Origin: a virus
Direction: 5' to 3' (one strand)
DNA length: 64,000 nucleotides
Virus record (IMG/VR): IMGVR_UViG_3300048838_001413
Coordinates: 4,836-68,835 of that record
The notes below the pieces were generated by a model. That model had not been told where the DNA came from and searched no databases. It saw nothing but the letters and a program-made list of their open reading frames with translations. This document shows positions 58,361 through 64,000 of the stretch, in pieces. The stretch's first letter is position 1. Every line of letters begins with the position of its first letter. The translations under genes were made by a program, and so were the position numbers.

Positions 58361-58741
58361 TTATAACAGGTTGGAATCGGGAGGAGGGAGAGGTTCTTTT
58401 TTGGCAGTGGGTACCAGGTATGTAAACCGGTACCAATCGGCCAGGCGATTAACAGCAGGGGTGAGGGCGGCTATATCGGCAAGGTCGGGGCTGAGAGATC
58501 CGGGAAAAATTCTGACCGAGGCAATAAGCACGGCATCGCGGTTGGTGCCTGTAATGGTGCTGAGGAACTGCAGGTTGTGATACTGGTGGTATTTTTGCAG
58601 GTATTCCTGCTGATCGAGCGCTGATTGCCTTGACGTGTGCCTGAAAACCTGAAACAGCATAGCGGCTTTACTGTTCTGAAAGAAAATGAACTGTTTGTTG
58701 TCGGTGCTTGTGAGAAGTAATTTGGCGTTTTGTTTTGGCAT
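58361..58741 (-). CDS. Hypothetical protein (start MPKQNAK)
   Basis: ORF ending just before the terminator. Confidence 0.6.
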   Translation of the reverse strand: MPKQNAKLLLTSTDNKQFIFFQNSKAAMLFQVFRHTSRQSALDQQEYLQKYHQYHNLQFLSTITGTNRDAVLIASVRIFPGSLSPDLADIAALTPAVNRLADWYRFTYLVPTAKKEPLPPPDSNLL

Positions 58742-58861
58742 TGCGGGTTTTTTTTGGTGATGTGAATGAGTTGCGTATATATTTTTGGTGATACACGCCA
58801 AATGGTTTCCGCGATTAGCGGGGGATTGGGGTTATTGCGGGTATATATTCGTTGGCAGCAA

Positions 58862-59095
58862 TTAAAGCCCCAACGAGCGGCATATTTCAAACCTTTTTTG
58901 ATCTTTCCCCTGTTCATGTACATATTTAAGCACATCTGACCATCGATTGAATTTATCCACTTTAATATCACCCCAGCCGGATAATTCATAGGTTGAGAAA
59001 TATTTGTGTTTAAATCCTAAGTTGATTAAGGCATCAACAACATCTTTTTGAAATTTTGTGAGCTTTTGATATTGCTCTAATTCGTCTTTTTCCAT
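58862..59095 (-). CDS. Cassette 1 hypothetical protein (start MEKDELE)
   Basis: Between GTTGGCAGCA (58851) and TGCTGCCAAC (59111). Confidence 0.7.
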   Translation of the reverse strand: MEKDELEQYQKLTKFQKDVVDALINLGFKHKYFSTYELSGWGDIKVDKFNRWSDVLKYVHEQGKDQKRFEICRSLGL

Positions 59096-59113
59096 CTGAT
59101 TAAAATTAACTGC

Positions 59114-59207
59114 TGCCAACAGGTCGGTATGAAACAAGCCGCCGACAGCGATTTACAACTTTGAACAGTCTTACAAGCGGCCTGTTCATACCGCCAATGC
59201 GTTACCT
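59114..59207 (+). other. attC-like site 1
   Basis: TGCCAAC-aggt-CGGTATGAAACAAGCCGC...GCGGCCTGTTCATACCG-ccaatgc-GTTACCT. Confidence 0.85.
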
Positions 59208-59393
59208 GCCATTTTTACGGACATAGTAACCTACTAATCTTTTATGCTGAGATTCTTCCATTTTTTTAACAAGCTCTTTAAGAATTTGCAAGGTTTCGCT
59301 TTCATTTTGTTCATCGTCTGCGCCATCGGTATTGTGACCGATGAAATCTATTGCATCTTCAACCGCTTGTATATATTTGCTTTTTACGTGCAT
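59202..59393 (-). CDS. Cassette 2 hypothetical protein
   Basis: Between GTTACCTGCC (59201) and GGCAGGTAAC (59410); stop codon lies inside the R box. Confidence 0.7.
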   Translation of the reverse strand: MHVKSKYIQAVEDAIDFIGHNTDGADDEQNESETLQILKELVKKMEESQHKRLVGYYVRKNGR

Positions 59394-59412
59394 AATTTTG
59401 AAATAAAACGGC

Positions 59413-59509
59413 AGGTAACAAACAGTTTATAAAATGCTACGAGCCAAATAAGTGAAGTGAGTTGATTGGTAATTTTAGACAGCACTTCACAAACTGCCAT
59501 TCGTTGGCA
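59413..59509 (+). other. attC-like site 2
   Basis: AGGTAAC-aaa-CAGTTTATAAAATGCT...AGCACTTCACAAACTG-ccattc-GTTGGCA. Confidence 0.8.
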
Positions 59510-59514
59510 AACAT

Positions 59515-59802
59515 TTAAGATTCGTAATCAACAAGGCTTATGTGCGCTTGAAATTCAGGCGTTATCTGATAGATTTTTTTGCCTTCACGAATAATAAAAT
59601 GTGGTTCAAGTCTCAAATGCTGACAAACAAGCTTGATGCTGTTCATCGTTGAGTTATACTTTTGATTGGCTTTCTCAACCAATCGTTCAGCTTCTCTAAT
59701 TTCTTGGAGAGCTTGTTTTTGTTCTTCGGATAAATTGACAAGCATTTTAACGCCTTTGTCTTTATCTCCCTGTAATTCGTTGACTATTTCTGAAAATGAC
59801 AT
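59515..59802 (-). CDS. Cassette 3 hypothetical protein (start MSFSEIV)
   Basis: Between GTTGGCAAA (59503) and TTTGCCAAC (59816). Confidence 0.7.
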   Translation of the reverse strand: MSFSEIVNELQGDKDKGVKMLVNLSEEQKQALQEIREAERLVEKANQKYNSTMNSIKLVCQHLRLEPHFIIREGKKIYQITPEFQAHISLVDYES

Positions 59803-59817
59803 AATTAAAAAACGATT

Positions 59818-59947
59818 TGCCAACACTGCATAAAATTAAGCGGGCAGTGTTGTTATGTTTCCGCTTTTGGCTCTTTATTAAATTTTATTTCGGGCGGACA
59901 ATTCCGAGCCTTGAAAGCCCGCCTAATCTTATGCTTGAACGTTAGCG
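59818..59947 (+). other. attC-like site 3
   Basis: TGCCAAC-act-GCATAAAATTAAGCGGGC...GCCCGCCTAATCTTATGC-ttgaac-GTTAGCG. Confidence 0.85.
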
Positions 59948-59948
59948 G

Positions 59949-60539
59949 TCATTTTAAAGAGCATCCCGACTCCGACATTACCCAATCAAACATTCCACCG
60001 AAAAACTTTTCAGGATTATCAAACGCTTCCTTGCACTTTGATAAGAACAATTCCATTTTAGGCAATTCAGGCAAGTGCTTTTTTTCTACATTCCATAAAA
60101 GCTGATTAGGCTTTAGAACAAGTCCATTGGTTTTTACTTCCTCTAAATGTTCACCAAGCATCATATAATGAAATGCAGCTTTTATAGTTGGGCTTCTATT
60201 TGCCCCAGCTTGACAATGAAGTAATACTTTCCATTCAGGATTCCAAGTATAGATTTGATGTAAAACTTGCAATGCTCCAAACATTGAGTTTAAACCCATC
60301 AGTTCGCCACTTTCTCCCATCGGGAAATAGTAGTTAAGTTTTCCTTCTTTCATTATTTCTTCTGAATTACCTAAGTAAAATTCGTCTGATACGTTAATTA
60401 TTACTTGACATTCATTGTGTTTGCCTTCCGCTTTTATCTCTTTTGAAACAGGAAATCTATCAACGATTATGTTCTCGGAAATAAAACGAACCGCTAACAT
60501 CGGTTGGGCAAAATTGCCGTTTTCGTTTTCAATTGACAT
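59949..60539 (-). CDS. Cassette 4: protein-tyrosine / dual-specificity phosphatase-like protein
   Basis: CX5R loop VLLHCQAGANRS; between GTTAGCGGT (59941) and ACCGCTAAC (60490). Confidence 0.75.
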   Translation of the reverse strand: MSIENENGNFAQPMLAVRFISENIIVDRFPVSKEIKAEGKHNECQVIINVSDEFYLGNSEEIMKEGKLNYYFPMGESGELMGLNSMFGALQVLHQIYTWNPEWKVLLHCQAGANRSPTIKAAFHYMMLGEHLEEVKTNGLVLKPNQLLWNVEKKHLPELPKMELFLSKCKEAFDNPEKFFGGMFDWVMSESGCSLK

Positions 60540-60616
60540 TTTATCTTAATTTAAAAATTTGTAATCCTAATGAAGTTTTGTGTTCGGCAACTTCGCCAAG
60601 CCGAGAACCGTTACCA
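60492..60616 (+). other. attC-like site 4
   Basis: CGCTAAC-a-TCGGTTGGGCAAAATTGCCG...CGGCAACTTCGCCAAGCCGA-gaacc-GTTACCA. Confidence 0.85.
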
Positions 60617-60622
60617 GCAACT

Positions 60623-60868
60623 TTAAAAAGGCAGCCCCGACTGAGCAAGCCGATACTGGCTCATATATTCATCGAAGTAGTAACCTTCTTTTGTTGGTGG
60701 ATTACAATTTTTATCTACTCCATCATTCCAACCTTTGAGGCGGACAAAATAACCAGATTTGCTTTTGTGAAGCTGATTTACACACTGCTCATCAGAAAAG
60801 TATGCTGGTAACACATTATTGCCGACAATGTCGGGTTCTGGGTGTTCTTTAATATCCATGCTATTCAT
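60623..60868 (-). CDS. Cassette 5 hypothetical protein
   Basis: Between GTTACCAGCA (60610) and TGCTGGTAAC (60803); start lies inside attC 5. Confidence 0.65.
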   Translation of the reverse strand: MNSMDIKEHPEPDIVGNNVLPAYFSDEQCVNQLHKSKSGYFVRLKGWNDGVDKNCNPPTKEGYYFDEYMSQYRLAQSGLPF

Positions 60869-60938
60869 ACATATTTGTTTTAAGTTGAAAATTTGTGCTG
60901 TTTAAACCGCCACTGCGGCAATAATCTGACCGTTAGCA
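60806..60938 (+). other. attC-like site 5
   Basis: TGGTAAC-ac-ATTATTGCCG...CGGCAATAAT-ctgacc-GTTAGCA. Confidence 0.85.
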
Positions 60939-60945
60939 GAAAGCA

Positions 60946-61176
60946 CTACTCCATCGCTTCGTTAATACTTCCTACTGCTTCATCAATGCTATTCCACGCA
61001 TCCTCTAATGTTGAAACAGCTTCTTCAAACTTTTGTCCCTTTTCAGTTTGTTGCAATCCTTCTGAAAGGTTGTCAAACTTTTCTTGTTCACCATCTTTAA
61101 TGGCATCAATAATTTCTTGTGCTTCGCCAAGTAAAGCAAGAGCCTTTTCTAATTCTTTTCTGTCGTTTTTGTTCAT
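60946..61176 (-). CDS. Conserved small phage protein
   Basis: EQEKFDNLSEGLQQTEKGQ motif. Confidence 0.75.
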   Translation of the reverse strand: MNKNDRKELEKALALLGEAQEIIDAIKDGEQEKFDNLSEGLQQTEKGQKFEEAVSTLEDAWNSIDEAVGSINEAME

Positions 61177-61238
61177 CGTTGTTATTTTTAAAATTGTTGT
61201 TAATTAAAAGCGGTTGGGAAGTAGAATGCATAAATTTT

Positions 61239-61466
61239 TTATTTGTTAATATAGCAGTTCACAAAATCTTCCCAAGTGCAGCATAAATCCCCACAAAAAT
61301 CAAATTCTTCTTCTGTGATTTTAGAACCGAATTTCATTAAATCTGAATTTAATTTGTTCAATAGTTTTTCGTGAGCTAATCTTTCAGTTCTGCCTATAAC
61401 TTCTCTGTTTTCGACTGCTCCTATTTGGCTGTAAGTGGTTAAGAATTTTTGTGTATTTGCTTTCAT
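61239..61466 (-). CDS. Hypothetical protein (start MKANTQ)
   Basis: ORF in operon. Confidence 0.6.
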   Translation of the reverse strand: MKANTQKFLTTYSQIGAVENREVIGRTERLAHEKLLNKLNSDLMKFGSKITEEEFDFCGDLCCTWEDFVNCYINK

Positions 61467-61486
61467 AATTTTTAAGTGTTTATTTC

Positions 61487-61729
61487 TTATCTTAAAAACG
61501 CTTCGTTGAAAGAAACAACTTTTAGCGGTTGTCTTGTCCATGTACCAACAGGGGATAATATGATTCCAATTGATGAACCTCTGCTCATGGATTCAGCATG
61601 TTCAAAGTAAATCGGGAAAGAATGCTTCCATTCCATGTTTGGGTTTCTTAATAAGTGCCTTGCTTCATTAAATTGTTCTTCGTTGACAATTTCAAGACAT
61701 TCATCTGAATCAAATTGAAAGTTTTTCAT
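61487..61729 (-). CDS. Hypothetical protein
   Basis: 80 aa ORF. Confidence 0.6.
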   Translation of the reverse strand: MKNFQFDSDECLEIVNEEQFNEARHLLRNPNMEWKHSFPIYFEHAESMSRGSSIGIILSPVGTWTRQPLKVVSFNEAFLR

Positions 61730-61741
61730 CGCTTAATTCGG

Positions 61742-62212
61742 TTAATGATTTATTTGGGCACATAATTCTTTTCCTGTTAAAATTACAACGATTTTAAGGG
61801 TGCTTAATTCGCGGCCAAATTTGCGAACAACTTCCTCAATTTTTTTGATATGCCGTTCGCGGGCTTTGTCGGAATTTTTGTACCGGTTAAAAACAATGGA
61901 GCTGAGAAATTCACGGGTGTGGCCAGTGTATTTTGCTATACCCGCCACCGTAAAGGGGTAACGATCAAAGAACTCAGCAACATCCATGCTTCCTTCTTCA
62001 TCGAGTCCCGAAAGCCTTATGCCCGATAACTCAGCTCCGATCTTGTTCAGATATTCATTCACCAGCACCAGGTTATTGTAGTCGGTATTGGTGTATTGTT
62101 TGGTTTTTGTCAGTTTTACAATCCATTCGCGGCTCCGGTGCAGCGAAACAGCAATCTGACTTTGTTTGAACGGGTATTTTTCAAATACCATCTGAAGATT
62201 TAACATCATCAT
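61742..62212 (-). CDS. Tandem double-HTH-like regulator (start MMMLNLQ)
   Basis: Internal duplication FEKYPFKQSQIAVSLHRSREW / FDRYPFTVAGIAKYTGHTREF. Confidence 0.65.
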   Translation of the reverse strand: MMMLNLQMVFEKYPFKQSQIAVSLHRSREWIVKLTKTKQYTNTDYNNLVLVNEYLNKIGAELSGIRLSGLDEEGSMDVAEFFDRYPFTVAGIAKYTGHTREFLSSIVFNRYKNSDKARERHIKKIEEVVRKFGRELSTLKIVVILTGKELCAQINH

Positions 62213-62226
62213 AATTTTTTTTTTGG

Positions 62227-62257
62227 CAAAGATAAGTACATATGTGGCAAATGTCAA
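62227..62257 (-). promoter_or_regulatory. Bacteroidetes-type promoter of the operon containing the cassette array
   Basis: Minus strand TTG-N20-TATCTTTG. Confidence 0.7.
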
Positions 62258-62347
62258 CCACAAAATTGTTAAATTTTTCCAATTTGGCCGATATGCCGAA
62301 TAGAAAAAATATTCAGCTACACTCAGCTTCAAATCCTTTGCCGTGTA

Positions 62348-62860
62348 TCAGAAATGAACTTTGCGTTTCCAGGTAACTTTTGAGGACCAGGATCCGATTG
62401 ATTCCTTTCGCAGAATGCCATAGTAATAAAACTGGTAGTAAATGGTTCCGGATTCGCACAGTGTATCGCCGACCATGAATGCAGTAACGTTCCACTGCCA
62501 TATTGTACGCTGAATGCCGCAAGTGGTGTTTGTTTGATCGAATACCATTTCATAGCGCATGGTATCGCAAGGAGTAACCAGATCGAAGGTATCGGGATGT
62601 GAATACCATTGCACTTTGAACAACGAATCATTCAGGTATTGAATGCGCCGCCATGCCGGCATTGTTTTGGAAGCGACATTGGGCAGGTCGAAGGTATTTT
62701 CGCCTTGCCACTCGCCTTCTTTTGGGGTTCTCACGTCTTTGTTGGTGCGGAATCCCCTGGCTGTTCTGTTTGTAATCTCTGAACCAGGGTTTTCAGGTTC
62801 TTTTTCGCACGATATAAGGCATATCATCATGCCCAATGCGAACATCATAAGTGTTTTCAT
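62348..62860 (-). CDS. Putative lipoprotein
   Basis: MKTLMMFALGMMICLIS-C lipobox; start 15 nt after repeat copy 11. Confidence 0.7.
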   Translation of the reverse strand: MKTLMMFALGMMICLISCEKEPENPGSEITNRTARGFRTNKDVRTPKEGEWQGENTFDLPNVASKTMPAWRRIQYLNDSLFKVQWYSHPDTFDLVTPCDTMRYEMVFDQTNTTCGIQRTIWQWNVTAFMVGDTLCESGTIYYQFYYYGILRKESIGSWSSKVTWKRKVHF

Positions 62861-62875
62861 TTTACATTGATTTAC

Positions 62876-62908
62876 GGCAGGGTTAACGGAGGCCAGCTGC
62901 TACTCTCA
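62876..62908 (-). repeat. Leader pseudoknot repeat, copy 11
   Basis: GGCAGGGTTAACGGAGGCCAGCTGCTACTCTCA. Confidence 0.85.
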
Positions 62909-62913
62909 GGGTA

Positions 62914-63276
62914 TTATTTTTTGTGCTGATCGCTGAATTTGAACCGCACGATTTTTACTGCATCGTGAAATACCACAGCATTTATTTTTACGCCTATAGC
63001 TGTTTTCAGGCGTTCGCAGGTAATTTTATAGCTTTCGCGGCAAGGCTCGATCAATGAGGCATAGTATTGAGCATCGGTCAATGCAGGCGGGGGCGGGGGT
63101 ATGGTTTCGGGTTCAATGGGTTGGCCGACGACCACGGCAATATCTTCGCAGGTTTTTTCAAGACCCTCGAGTTTTTTTGTGCTTAATTTTTGCAGGAAGT
63201 CGAGGCGAAATCCGTTTCGGGTAAGAATCCGGATGATGGTTTCCCGGTAATTGGCTTCAACAGGAGAATAATTCAT
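62914..63276 (-). CDS. Hypothetical protein
   Basis: Start 17 nt after repeat copy 12. Confidence 0.7.
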   Translation of the reverse strand: MNYSPVEANYRETIIRILTRNGFRLDFLQKLSTKKLEGLEKTCEDIAVVVGQPIEPETIPPPPPALTDAQYYASLIEPCRESYKITCERLKTAIGVKINAVVFHDAVKIVRFKFSDQHKK

Positions 63277-63293
63277 TTTTATAAGGATTTATT

Positions 63294-63326
63294 GGCAGGG
63301 TTAACGCTGGCCGGCTGCCACTCAGC
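63294..63326 (-). repeat. Leader pseudoknot repeat, copy 12
   Basis: GGCAGGGTTAACGCTGGCCGGCTGCCACTCAGC. Confidence 0.9.
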
Positions 63327-63338
63327 TGAAAAATTATT

Positions 63339-63629
63339 TTAGAAATTACCGTCAATCCGGCCATCAATAATGGCATTGAATGTTGTGTAAATGTCTGATC
63401 CCTTTCGATAGTGCCCTGCTTTGGTGGTGCTGGATAATGGACCAGCGACCTTATGCAATAATGTTGCGTATAAAAGTGTATCAATCATTCGCATGTCGGC
63501 AATGGCTTCTTTCGGTTCGGCATTCTCGAGAGCTGCTTCCATAAACAGCAATACTTCATGTTCTTTCATCACAGAAGTGTTGTACTTTACACAGGAAACA
63601 CGAGGTTTGAAGTTGGCTTGAATTTTCAT
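63339..63629 (-). CDS. Hypothetical protein
   Basis: 96 aa ORF. Confidence 0.65.
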   Translation of the reverse strand: MKIQANFKPRVSCVKYNTSVMKEHEVLLFMEAALENAEPKEAIADMRMIDTLLYATLLHKVAGPLSSTTKAGHYRKGSDIYTTFNAIIDGRIDGNF

Positions 63630-63635
63630 AATCCG

Positions 63636-63872
63636 CTATTTAACATTCAGGTTTGGAAATTTATGGCCAAGGTGTTTTCCGATTCTTGCCTCGAGTTGTG
63701 TTTTGAGGTTTTTCTTCCTGGTTAACAACGACTGAGATTTTTGCAGTACAAGCAGATCATCAATCAGCTCGAGTTCATCAAGCATATCTTGTTTAGATTT
63801 GATGTCGGGTGACTTCTGCAGTACTTTTACCCATGTGGGTAATTCTCTGATTTGAATTTGGCTGAATCCCAT
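63636..63872 (-). CDS. Hypothetical protein (start MGFSQIQ)
   Basis: ATG 18 nt after repeat copy 13. Confidence 0.65.
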   Translation of the reverse strand: MGFSQIQIRELPTWVKVLQKSPDIKSKQDMLDELELIDDLLVLQKSQSLLTRKKNLKTQLEARIGKHLGHKFPNLNVK

Positions 63873-63890
63873 TGTTTTGGTGTTATTATT

Positions 63891-63923
63891 GGCAGGGTTA
63901 ACGCTGACCGGCTGCCACTCAGC
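63891..63923 (-). repeat. Leader pseudoknot repeat, copy 13
   Basis: GGCAGGGTTAACGCTGACCGGCTGCCACTCAGC. Confidence 0.9.
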
Positions 63924-63954
63924 TTGAAAAATTTCCAATAATTGAGATAGTCCC

Positions 63955-64000
63955 TTATAGGGCTTTTCTTCTGATGATTTTCACTGCTGCATGAAACACA
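63955..64000 (-). CDS. 3' end of a probable paralog of 62914..63276
   Basis: VFHAAVKIIRRKAL* resembles VFHDAVKIVRFKF. Confidence 0.5.
   Translation of the reverse strand, partial: VFHAAVKIIRRKAL

Larger units (their letters stand above)
58851..60938 (+). mobile_element. Integron-type cassette array lacking IntI (CALIN-like), 5 cassettes
   Basis: Five attC-like imperfect palindromes (AAC...GTT); each cassette is bounded by its own 9-10 bp complementary R boxes. Confidence 0.85.
1..64000. mobile_element. Temperate Bacteroidetes phage genome (partial, probably circular or excised)
   Basis: Terminase, portal, capsid, Clp protease, tape measure, integrase, repressor and primase genes; Bacteroidetes-type TAnnTTTG promoters; no host housekeeping genes. 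Confidence 0.95.

Overview
Most of the genome of a temperate, long-tailed (siphovirus-like) phage of a Bacteroidetes host. Almost all genes are on the minus strand. An intact attP-like tRNA 3'-end core between repressor and integrase suggests the excised or free form. Modules: (i) an early/accessory region at both window ends (1-11.3 kb and 62.3-64 kb; LPD29, PcfJ, PcfK, beta-clamp homolog, many small ORFs); (ii) a repeat-rich stretch with a 43-copy GATC-containing tandem array; (iii) terminase with a three-gene Stealth/GT2 glycosylation cluster; (iv) capsid and Clp protease; (v) primase-helicase with an iteron-like origin and a C5-methyltransferase; (vi) repressor, attP and integrase; (vii) tail, portal and lysis genes. 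Two features stand out. First, a five-cassette integron-type attC array with no integron integrase (58.85-60.94 kb), whose genes all lie in inverted orientation and two of which start inside the attC. Second, a 13-copy covarying 33-nt H-type pseudoknot placed 14-18 nt upstream of early start codons, usually coupled to a bipartite CTATA-N16-ATTGGAAAA motif. A seven-copy late-promoter motif (TGTCCTTT-N20/21-TAnnTTnG) precedes the structural operons. All calls come from reading the sequence by eye; no database searches were run.
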